Positions 1 through 7,696 of a stretch of DNA of 20,000 nt are shown here, one piece after another. Source of the DNA: an uncultured virus (IMG/VR IMGVR_UViG_3300042868_003000) (Duplodnaviria > Heunggongvirae > Uroviricota > Caudoviricetes); IMG/VR virus record IMGVR_UViG_3300042868_003000, one strand, 5' to 3'. The translations under genes were made by a program, and so were the position numbers. The notes under the pieces are model-generated. The model saw only the letters and a list, made by a program, of their open reading frames with translations, was not told the origin of the DNA and searched no databases. Positions within the stretch are counted from its first letter, which is position 1. Every line of letters begins with the position of its first letter.

Positions 1-76
1 TTTCGATTACAGGAAACCCTAGTCTACGCAGGCAATAATCTTTGAATGCCGTTCTTGTTGTGATTGTTTTCGCCAT
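1..76 (-). CDS. gp13: T4-like neck (head completion) protein gp13, N-terminal fragment running off the window edge
   Basis: Not in the ORF track. Manual translation from the ATG at 76 gives MAKTITTRTAFKDYCLRRLGFPVIE, matching the gp13 N-terminal motif DYCLRRLGxPV(I/L)E. GGGGGA SD-like sequence and a late-promoter motif lie upstream. Confidence 0.9.
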   Translation of the reverse strand, partial: MAKTITTRTAFKDYCLRRLGFPVIE

Positions 77-77
77 T

Positions 78-97
78 ATATCCCCCTATAGGGATAT
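78..97 (-). promoter_or_regulatory. Inverted repeat overlapping the gp13 Shine-Dalgarno sequence
   Basis: Minus strand ATATCCC-TATAGG-GGGATAT forms a perfect 7-bp stem whose 3' arm contains most of the SD. Confidence 0.55.
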
Positions 98-101
98 TTA
101 T
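95..101 (-). promoter_or_regulatory. T4 gp55-type late promoter motif (ATAAATA) for gp13
   Basis: Minus strand reads CATAAATA, overlapping the upstream TAA stop, 18 nt before the gp13 ATG. The T4 late consensus is TATAAATA. Confidence 0.7.
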
Positions 102-460
102 GCTTCTGATACCGTAACTTCCACCCAAGAAAGTGTATCTTCGTCCCACGAATAACGTTTATCATCTGTAGGCATTGCAACTGGTGCATCCCATAAACAT
201 GTAGTTTCATTCAATGTCCAACTATTGTATGGTTTAGGTGGTATAAATGCATCACGGACTGAATCATAAGTATATCCTATACCAGCATAATTCTTTCTTA
301 ACGGTGTTCCGCCTAATATGTGTACACCGCCATGTGTGTTGTAACTTGTTTGTACAAAAGAACTTGGTTCTCCAAATAAACCTGTATTAATTACATCTTG
401 TTCTATTACTAGAACTTTTGTTACAATTTTATTTTCATCTAATTGTGCAAAGTGTGCCAT
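98..460 (-). CDS. Conserved small phage protein (MAHFA...QTSYN...RKNYAGIG family), possibly a tail-fibre assembly chaperone
   Basis: 120 aa with a GGAG SD. The motifs RKNYAGIGYTYD, DAFIPPKPYNSW and a Trp-rich C-terminus are typical of small proteins next to Gly-rich fibre genes in aquatic phages. The chaperone role is inference. Confidence 0.75.
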   Translation of the reverse strand: MAHFAQLDENKIVTKVLVIEQDVINTGLFGEPSSFVQTSYNTHGGVHILGGTPLRKNYAGIGYTYDSVRDAFIPPKPYNSWTLNETTCLWDAPVAMPTDDKRYSWDEDTLSWVEVTVSEA

Positions 461-515
461 TGTTTCTCCGTAATTTATGTTAATGCCATTTATATTTTCT
501 TTGTTGTGTTAACAG

Positions 516-522
516 TATTTAT
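516..522 (-). promoter_or_regulatory. T4 late-type promoter motif (ATAAATA)
   Basis: AATAAATA lies in the 70-bp intergenic gap upstream of the 98..460 gene. Confidence 0.6.
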
Positions 523-530
523 TGTTGGTT

Positions 531-1679
531 TTATGGTGCATTGAACCAAACTAGTCCACCTTGAGTTCCGCTCGTAGATGTTATAGCCTGTGAGGAGTCT
601 TGTATGGTGTTGGCTGCAGCTCTTGCAAATGTATCACCTGTTCTGGTGTATAAAATTACTGGTTCATTAACACCAGAAACTAAAAGATAATTTCCATCTG
701 AACTCCATGCAGAAGCATTTACTTCACCTGCCGGTTTTGAAGATGGTTGACTGGTAATTACACTATATGTATTATTAGCGTTATTTCTTTTTAATATTGC
801 AAGGTCCGAAGATGCACCGACTGACATATAAACACCATCAGGACTAAAAGCAACATGATTTCCTGTGGTTCCTGGCGATCCAATTATTGTTAATGCTGTG
901 AATGTATCTGTTGATGAATTGATTAAATAACCACCATAACTTGGACTTGATCCACCTGCATATATTAAATGTAATGAATCTGGACTAAATTCAACACTAT
1001 TTACAGTTCCTCCTGATCCAGCAGTAGGTATAGTTAGTTTTGTAAAACTGTCTGTTGATGAATTGATTTTCCATACATTCACATAAGGTGACGAACCAAT
1101 TCCAGCTGCCAAATAATTACCATCATGACTAAATGCAACAGATAATGTTGTGCCTCCAGGTAAAGTATTAAATGGTGAGGATATTTTTGTAAATGTATCA
1201 CCATCTATTTTATAAATTGTAACAAAAGGAGTTGTACCATGACCGACTGCCAAATATTTACCATCAGGACTAAATGCAACATCTCTGCCAGCGCCTGTTG
1301 GTAAAGATGCTGGATTACTTAATAAGGTGAATGTTTCACCATCTCTTTTATAGATACTAATGTATGGTGTAGAATTAATAGCTGCAGCTAAAAATTTTCC
1401 ATCTGGACTTGAATCCATTCCCCATATAGCACTACCTGGAAATGTTGGATTTAATAACTTGTCGTAGGTATTAGTTAAACCTTTTTTTTTATAAATCTGT
1501 AAACGATAAGTTGTAGATAAAGTTGCCTGTGCAAAACCACCAAATGTATTTGCACTTGGCCAATATCCATTCAATGAATCGGTGTATTGTCTACCTAATG
1601 GTGTTATACCTGGTCGATTTGCCAACCAAGAATCTGATTGTGGTATTGCACCAAATCCTCTGAAAGAATTGTTACTCAT
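531..1679 (-). CDS. WD40/YVTN-like beta-propeller protein, putative fibre tip or receptor-binding protein
   Basis: 382 aa with six ~45-aa repeats centred on SPDG-like motifs (SSPDGKF, FSPDGKY, FSHDGNY, FSPDSLH, FSPDGVY, WSSDGNY) and recurring IYKxDGDTFTK segments. TGATG overlap with the upstream gene. Confidence 0.85.
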   Translation of the reverse strand: MSNNSFRGFGAIPQSDSWLANRPGITPLGRQYTDSLNGYWPSANTFGGFAQATLSTTYRLQIYKKKGLTNTYDKLLNPTFPGSAIWGMDSSPDGKFLAAAINSTPYISIYKRDGETFTLLSNPASLPTGAGRDVAFSPDGKYLAVGHGTTPFVTIYKIDGDTFTKISSPFNTLPGGTTLSVAFSHDGNYLAAGIGSSPYVNVWKINSSTDSFTKLTIPTAGSGGTVNSVEFSPDSLHLIYAGGSSPSYGGYLINSSTDTFTALTIIGSPGTTGNHVAFSPDGVYMSVGASSDLAILKRNNANNTYSVITSQPSSKPAGEVNASAWSSDGNYLLVSGVNEPVILYTRTGDTFARAAANTIQDSSQAITSTSGTQGGLVWFNAP

Positions 1680-2041
1680 CAGGTGATAACCTCAAAAGAA
1701 CAAACACCATGTAGATAACTATTAGCGCTGGCAGTCAATCTTAAACTGTCATTTTCTTCCAGATAAATGGTTATATCTTTTGCAATAGGAGTTAATGTTG
1801 ATTTAGGTGGCACCGTGATTAGATGAGCTATTTTATATGCTGTTGCACCAGCTTTAAAAACATCAACAGTCACATCAGCACTTGCTGTACCATTTACATT
1901 TGAAATGTATAGTGAATTAATTTTGTATACTTTACCACTAGAGGCCGCATTAGATACGATTGCTGTGGCCGAAGTTATTATTGCTTGGCCTGCAACGTTT
2001 CCCGTTACTGATGTGCTTGTTAATAAATTTGGTGCTGCCAT
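1679..2041 (-). CDS. Small beta-rich virion protein (MAAPN... family), putative fibre adaptor
   Basis: 120 aa with the motifs SNVNGT-ADVTV, ITVPPKSTL and IYLEENDSL. This family typically follows phage proteins ending in an AMAIxFG-like tail. SD GGAGGA. Confidence 0.75.
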   Translation of the reverse strand: MAAPNLLTSTSVTGNVAGQAIITSATAIVSNAASSGKVYKINSLYISNVNGTASADVTVDVFKAGATAYKIAHLITVPPKSTLTPIAKDITIYLEENDSLRLTASANSYLHGVCSFEVIT

Positions 2042-2042
2042 G

Positions 2043-2708
2043 TTATCCTCCGAATATTATGCCCATAGTCATAGACTGAGCTCTTGTTGTTCCGCCGCTG
2101 GTGTTCGCTTGTAGAAAGGCCGCATTAGCACGGTCAAAGGATGCATTGGCTGTTACGAATGAACCATTTGCAAATGATGCCGTGGTATTTTGTGCAGCGT
2201 ATGATGAGTTGGCTGTTACAAAGGCACCGTTAGAAAATGAATTTGTTACACCTAATGTAGTTGTAATAGTGGTGCTGAAGTTTGCATCGTTACCTAATGC
2301 GGTTGCCAATTCATTTAATGTATCTAATGTGCTTGGTGCAGAATTTACTAGATTGGCAACAGCTGTACCGACATAAGTTGTTGTTGCATAACCAACTGTA
2401 GCGTGGTTGCCCCAAGCATATACTGAGTTGGCAACCAAAAAGGATGCATTAGCAAACTCTGCGGCTGAGTTTGCTTTATTAAAAGAATTATTAGCTTGTG
2501 TTCTTACCCATGAATCGGTAGAATTGTTCGCTTGCAGAAATGCAGCATTAGCTGTATCGTATGCGTTATTAGCCTGACCTCTTACCCACGTATCAGTAGA
2601 ATTATTTGCTTGTGCGAACGCAGCATTAGCACGAGCGAACGCAGAAGGAACCAAAGAAGAAAAGTCTTTGGTCGAATCTAATCTTGATGGAGGGACTTGT
2701 GTTGACAT
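2043..2708 (-). CDS. Short Ala-Asn heptad-repeat fibre stalk protein
   Basis: 221 aa with ANxAFxx repeats, two DxWVRxQANN motifs, the tail-fibre motif APSTLDTLNELATALGNDANFSTT, and a C-terminal SMTMGIIFGG. Confidence 0.8.
   Translation of the reverse strand: MSTQVPPSRLDSTKDFSSLVPSAFARANAAFAQANNSTDTWVRGQANNAYDTANAAFLQANNSTDSWVRTQANNSFNKANSAAEFANASFLVANSVYAWGNHATVGYATTTYVGTAVANLVNSAPSTLDTLNELATALGNDANFSTTITTTLGVTNSFSNGAFVTANSSYAAQNTTASFANGSFVTANASFDRANAAFLQANTSGGTTRAQSMTMGIIFGG
2278..2327. repeat. Dispersed direct repeat, 48/50 identical to 18451-18500
   Basis: Encodes LDTLNELATALGNDANF in two different stalk genes; both mismatches are synonymous. Confidence 0.9.
2551..2588. repeat. Dispersed direct repeat, 37/38 identical to 19963-20000
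   Basis: Encodes WVRGQANNAYDTA in two different stalk genes. Confidence 0.9.
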
Positions 2709-2728
2709 TCTTTATAACCTTTTCATTC

Positions 2729-2735
2729 TATTTAT
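2729..2735 (-). promoter_or_regulatory. T4 late-type promoter motif (ATAAATA)
   Basis: AATAAATA lies 20 nt upstream of the ATG at 2708, in an intergenic gap. Confidence 0.65.
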
Positions 2736-2758
2736 TTCACATTTTTTTATTGAAAATT

Positions 2759-5700
2759 TTAGATGTACCAGGTTTGAGTGACCGTAGCCGGCGCAGATAT
2801 TGCATTTCCATTGGCTGATATTTCTGTACCTGAACTGTATGCGTATGTTGGTAGAGGAACAATCGTTGATATTGATGGGTTTATTGTGTTAGAAGTTACC
2901 ACCGAATTAAATGAATTTGTGCTAACAGTTACAATACCTTCAACATTTTGTGAATGTATATCTGTTGTAATGGTATTAATAAACACTAATGTATTTTGAG
3001 TAGTATTTCCATTCAACACAGGCAATGCCACTGATCCGTTGGAACTTAATATTGCCTCCACATTTTGTGAGTGTATATCAGATGTGATGGTGTTAATTGG
3101 TGCCACAGAATCCACTGTTGTTGAGAAACTATTCATAACAACAGCAGTTGGAGTTCTAATTGTAAAAGCAATTGTGTTTGAACCAACATTAATAAATCCA
3201 TTGGCTGAAGACAATAAAGGAGCCGAGGTGTTTGTGGTAACTATTAGTGTGCCTGTTCCTAAATTTGTAGTTGGACCAGCTGAAGTAAATGTTCCTGGAT
3301 ATTGTGTATTGGCCGCAACGTTTCCGTTACCTGTAACGGTAAATGCATTTGTACTATAATCTGTAAGAGTGGTTGAACTTTTGCAGGTTAACAAACTTGT
3401 TTGTGTACCTGTGATTGCAGCGATACCTGTTCCAGAACTTTGTGTTGCAAATAATGGTGTTACAGAAGGAGTAAAGTTTGCTGTGTAAACCGCAACACCT
3501 TTAACAACTCTCAAATTGGAAATGTTACCTAGAAAATCTCCATAATAACCTGATCCTATTCTTACTACTGATGCACTACCTGCATAATTCGTAGTATCGG
3601 CTTGAGTAACCGAATGGCCTACTCCATTAGTCCAATATTTTAATACACCCGATGTTCTGGTCAGCGCAACGTGTGTCCAAGAACCACTTGTTGGATTGGC
3701 ATTTAATCCACTGAGTGCAAGATAATACAAACTTGAAGCTGCATTGGAGTTTTGCCAATAGATGTTACCTGAAAGAATAATAAAAGCCCAATTTGTTCCG
3801 CCTGATGCATATTGATTGATGATATCAAATGATCCGTCTGTGGTTTTAATCCAAAATTCAATGGTAAAATCACCGGTACCGAATTGGAATGCTGTACCAT
3901 TGGGAATGGTTAAGAAATCGCCTGTGCCATCAAAATAATTACTACCCAATGGTAGTTCGGAAACAATATTCGTAATTGTTCCAGTCAAAGGCAAACTATT
4001 TAACTGTGAACTAGTAACATTACTGCCTGTGATGGTATAAGGAATCAAAGCATTATTACTTAATCCTATTGTCGCCGCAGTGTAGGTTAAATTTGCACCC
4101 CATGAACCACCAACTGATCCAGTTAAGGATATTAAAAATGTTATAGGTATGTTTAATGTATAAGAACCAGCAGTAATAGTTAATGTGTTTGATGTAGCAG
4201 TTGTTGCTGTCGTTTGTATAATTAATTGTGATGTACTGTTAGCTAAAGTAAAATTGCCAGTAAGTGATGCACCATTAATTTGTGAACTACTTACACCTGA
4301 TATTGTGTATGCAACATTACTTCCATCAGCTAAGTCATCAGAATATCTAAGTGTTAAAGTATCACCCCAATATAAAGTGTTTGCGCTTGTTGATAAACCA
4401 CCAGAAAGAACTTCAAATGTTCCGCTAGTAGTAAATGTATGAACCGTATTTGATCCAACTGTTGTGACTGTACCACCTGTTGCTTTTTGACTTCCTGCAT
4501 ACTGTATAATTACGATACCAGAACCGCCAGCACCTGAACCAGTAGACCATCCACCGTTAGATGCCCAATAAGAACCGCCGCCACCACCGCCACCTGTATT
4601 GACTACAGCTGTTGGTATTCCACTACCTTTAGTAGTAGCATTTATTTCATTAGTATAGACATTATAACTGTAATATGTGGTTGTACCAGAACCTCGGCCA
4701 CCACCATAAAATCCATCACCTGCTCGTTCACTACTGTTACCGCCACCGCCACCGCCGCCAGCCAGATAACGAGTGGTTCCTGTCCAATCATTAGTAATAC
4801 CAATGCCGCCATTGCCACCAGGACTTGATCCTGTTCCGGCTTGACCGACTGCTCCAGCACCACCACCGCCTGCGCCAGTCCAAGTTGTTGATGTTGATCC
4901 GCCGTGATTACCTAGTACAGACAACGTTCCTGCTGTAAGGTTACTATTCGCTAGGCCGCCACCAGATTGATAGTAAGCATTACCGCCGCCTGAACCACCG
5001 TTCTGACTTGACGATGAAAAACCTACACCTGAACTACCACCACCACCACCGCCTTCTGCAATATAACTACCTAGACCAGAATCAGTACCTTTAACTCCAT
5101 TGAGAGCAGTAGCATTAGCAATTGCTGATCCGCCTGCACCAACAGTAACAGCGTAAACACCACCGGCCGTTGAAATGGATCCTCGAAGAACACCGCCTGC
5201 ACCGCCGCCGCCGTTCGCATTAGTAGTACTGTGGTTACCACCACTACCACCGCCAGCTACAATTAGTGCTTCAAAACTAAGTCCCGGAGTGATTACAACA
5301 TTTGCTGAATATGTTCCTGTTGTGATTGATAGTGTTTTTGTTTCAGCAACTTTGACTTTTGTTGGTACACTAAGTGTGAAAGCACCTGATGCTGAAGTAA
5401 AGTAACCTGTTAAAGAAGTGCCGTTTAAATCTGCTGTTGTTACACCAGTTATTGTATAAGATACATTTGCTGAAGCACTATCATACAAACTGAAATTGAT
5501 GGTTGTTCCACTAAAAACTGTGTTTGCTACATTATAGAATCCATTAACTGGCATTGTAGTGGTACCATTCCATGCATAGGTACCAGAATAAACACCTTTT
5601 GTTGTGACGCCTGTTGTTACATAAGTTGTGGCATTAACTGTTTGACTGGTTAAAACTCCAGTATATGTTGCAGAGCTGCTGCCATAAGTTGTGTTGAATA

Positions 5701-6340
5701 CTGTGTCGGTTATTACTAAACCTGAACCACCTGAATAATCACCAGTGGCATTTGCTCCATTATAGAATGTACAGTTATAGAGTTTGCCTGTTGAATTTCC
5801 ACCGTTATCATATTGTATTGACCAAGCATTGTTGGAATTTACTTCTTGGAATATTGTATTATATGCCGAACCTCTGAAGTTTACAGTTTCATCATTTAAA
5901 ACTGATACTGTATAACTGGTTGTTCGTCCACTGTTGTTGCGCTTTAATATGGCGCCATAAATGGCCGAACTAGAATTTACAAAATTGAGTGGCGCAAAAT
6001 CTCGTACTGCGGTTGCATCAGTACAGTTTATGATTACTTGACCGGCAGAACAAACAAATATTCTAGGATTGCCACCATCACTTATACATGCTGCACCATA
6101 ACCATTAGCTAATGCGGTTGCTGATATATTATATGTACCAGCAAGAATGACTATGGTAACTGATGTTGCAGTACCACTTGTCGCACTTAATGCCTGTGCG
6201 ATGGTCAAATACGGAGTGGTTACCGTATTGCCGTTATTACTATCACTACCCGAAGCACTTACATATTTTACCGATGCTGAACCAGTTACAATTGAAGTGT
6301 AACTATCTGGAAATCCATAAGTCGCTAATACATTTGACAT
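2759..6340 (-). CDS. Mosaic adhesin/tail protein: beta-helix (DUF1565/pectin-lyase-like start), Ig-like repeats, glycine-rich domain, LamG domain
   Basis: 1193 aa. N-terminal KYVSASGSDSNNG...PYLTIAQAL...ILAGTY; three YTI(T/S)G...LTG repeats; Gly-rich domain ~4415-5275; LamG ~3300-3950 (YFDGTGD, DFTIEFW, WTHVAL, GNISNLR). Confidence 0.85.
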   Translation of the reverse strand: MSNVLATYGFPDSYTSIVTGSASVKYVSASGSDSNNGNTVTTPYLTIAQALSATSGTATSVTIVILAGTYNISATALANGYGAACISDGGNPRIFVCSAGQVIINCTDATAVRDFAPLNFVNSSSAIYGAILKRNNSGRTTSYTVSVLNDETVNFRGSAYNTIFQEVNSNNAWSIQYDNGGNSTGKLYNCTFYNGANATGDYSGGSGLVITDTVFNTTYGSSSATYTGVLTSQTVNATTYVTTGVTTKGVYSGTYAWNGTTTMPVNGFYNVANTVFSGTTINFSLYDSASANVSYTITGVTTADLNGTSLTGYFTSASGAFTLSVPTKVKVAETKTLSITTGTYSANVVITPGLSFEALIVAGGGSGGNHSTTNANGGGGAGGVLRGSISTAGGVYAVTVGAGGSAIANATALNGVKGTDSGLGSYIAEGGGGGGSSGVGFSSSSQNGGSGGGNAYYQSGGGLANSNLTAGTLSVLGNHGGSTSTTWTGAGGGGAGAVGQAGTGSSPGGNGGIGITNDWTGTTRYLAGGGGGGGNSSERAGDGFYGGGRGSGTTTYYSYNVYTNEINATTKGSGIPTAVVNTGGGGGGGSYWASNGGWSTGSGAGGSGIVIIQYAGSQKATGGTVTTVGSNTVHTFTTSGTFEVLSGGLSTSANTLYWGDTLTLRYSDDLADGSNVAYTISGVSSSQINGASLTGNFTLANSTSQLIIQTTATTATSNTLTITAGSYTLNIPITFLISLTGSVGGSWGANLTYTAATIGLSNNALIPYTITGSNVTSSQLNSLPLTGTITNIVSELPLGSNYFDGTGDFLTIPNGTAFQFGTGDFTIEFWIKTTDGSFDIINQYASGGTNWAFIILSGNIYWQNSNAASSLYYLALSGLNANPTSGSWTHVALTRTSGVLKYWTNGVGHSVTQADTTNYAGSASVVRIGSGYYGDFLGNISNLRVVKGVAVYTANFTPSVTPLFATQSSGTGIAAITGTQTSLLTCKSSTTLTDYSTNAFTVTGNGNVAANTQYPGTFTSAGPTTNLGTGTLIVTTNTSAPLLSSANGFINVGSNTIAFTIRTPTAVVMNSFSTTVDSVAPINTITSDIHSQNVEAILSSNGSVALPVLNGNTTQNTLVFINTITTDIHSQNVEGIVTVSTNSFNSVVTSNTINPSISTIVPLPTYAYSSGTEISANGNAISAPATVTQTWYI
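2944..3097. repeat. Intragenic duplication with 117-bp (39-codon) period
   Basis: INTITSDIHSQNVEAI and INTITTDIHSQNVEGI occur near the C-terminus of the 1193-aa protein. Confidence 0.85.
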
Positions 6341-6381
6341 TTATTTTTTAATCAAACACTTGAGTTTTCAAAAAACTCCTG

Positions 6382-7692
6382 TTAAGCTTTTCTTATCAAG
6401 AACATGTCTCTATATAGAGTGTCATTTCCTATTACGTATGCATAATATGCTTCGTTATTAACAACAAATGTTTGACCTGGTGTGTAGTATTGTTGTAAGA
6501 AAGTATCTGATCCACTCATACTCTTATATAATCCTATTGCTGTACCACCAGCAGTTGTTGCGCCTTGATTGTTCCTTGCAAATACAATTGGAAATGCAGG
6601 AGGAACAAAAGTGCCTGTGGATGGATCCATTACTGGACCAGTTACTTGATACTGTCCTCTGATTTTTGATTTAAAATTGGAAAATCCTGCCGAAGGACAA
6701 AATGGCAACTGCATCTCATTTGCCCAATGATATCTAACATCTCTCACAAGGCTGTTCCACTGTGACGTTGAATATGCATAACAGGTAAGTGGATCCACAT
6801 AGTTGCCATTGCTGTCTATGGCAGCACTTGATGTGGCATTGCTCGGCATGTTGTTTATTCGATACCAAAAAGGTGAACTGTTCACTGTGCCTGAACTCGA
6901 AAGAGTTCTTGTCCACATACTTGCATTTGATCCACAAGAATAGTCGTAATAGGCCGAGGCATCATAACAAACACTTACTATCGGTGGGTTATCATTGTAA
7001 GATTCTTCCCAAGCTTGAGTAGTTCTTAGTCCAACATACATCATAGCACCAGGTCCAAAAGTGCTACCAGCAGCGTTCAAACCACCTGACATTAAAATAA
7101 AATATCGTTCTGTGCTAGCTACCAACCATTCACCCCCAAGTACTCCTGGTGACCATGGAGTATAATTATATGCAGTGGTTGATTCATCAGTCTTATTAAC
7201 ATCAAATCTGTTACTAGTATATGATCCACCGGATGCTGGCATAGCTTGAGTTGTACCTAACAAATAATTTCCACCCGCATTAGCAGTTGTATTAAAACCG
7301 TGTGAAACCAATATGTGAGGATAAGTTGTATATGCTCCACTGAAAAGATAACTAGGATTAGTTCTGAAACTCAACTTGCGAAACGGAAATGCACTTTTAC
7401 CACTATCTCTAGAAAGGTCTAGTGTATAAGGCGAAGCAAAACTTGTACTATAGTTTGAAGTTATGTTTGTGTTAGCGGTATTTGCCCAACCACCACCTTC
7501 AGTATTACTGATAACCTGTGTGATTATATCTGCTCCAGCAGGTGATGCTGTTGGTCCAGTTTGTGATAAGACACTTGGTGTTGAGTTTGCAGCTGCAGTA
7601 GTTATGGCTTGTATTGCTCGTAAAAAGTTTATAGCAACTGCTTCTTGGTCGGTTACCGTACCGTTAACTGAGGGGTTAATCTTACATAACAT
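6382..7692 (-). CDS. Hypothetical virion structural protein
   Basis: 436 aa, S/T/G/aromatic rich, GGAG SD, within the structural gene run. No function recognised. Confidence 0.7.
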   Translation of the reverse strand: MLCKINPSVNGTVTDQEAVAINFLRAIQAITTAAANSTPSVLSQTGPTASPAGADIITQVISNTEGGGWANTANTNITSNYSTSFASPYTLDLSRDSGKSAFPFRKLSFRTNPSYLFSGAYTTYPHILVSHGFNTTANAGGNYLLGTTQAMPASGGSYTSNRFDVNKTDESTTAYNYTPWSPGVLGGEWLVASTERYFILMSGGLNAAGSTFGPGAMMYVGLRTTQAWEESYNDNPPIVSVCYDASAYYDYSCGSNASMWTRTLSSSGTVNSSPFWYRINNMPSNATSSAAIDSNGNYVDPLTCYAYSTSQWNSLVRDVRYHWANEMQLPFCPSAGFSNFKSKIRGQYQVTGPVMDPSTGTFVPPAFPIVFARNNQGATTAGGTAIGLYKSMSGSDTFLQQYYTPGQTFVVNNEAYYAYVIGNDTLYRDMFLIRKA

Positions 7693-7696
7693 ATTT

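Noticed and set aside
2712..2726. Mini-ORF MKRL* upstream of the 221-aa stalk
   Set aside because: Its ATG is only 2 nt from the promoter box, upstream of the expected transcription start. Its AGG more likely serves as the SD of the real gene.
6341..6381. Hairpin GAGTTTT-CAA-AAAACTC (6362-6378) and a 7-codon TTG mini-ORF after AGGAG
   Set aside because: The stem is AT-rich with a 3-nt loop and has no clear U-tract on the coding strand. It is too weak to call a terminator, and the mini-ORF is plausibly chance.
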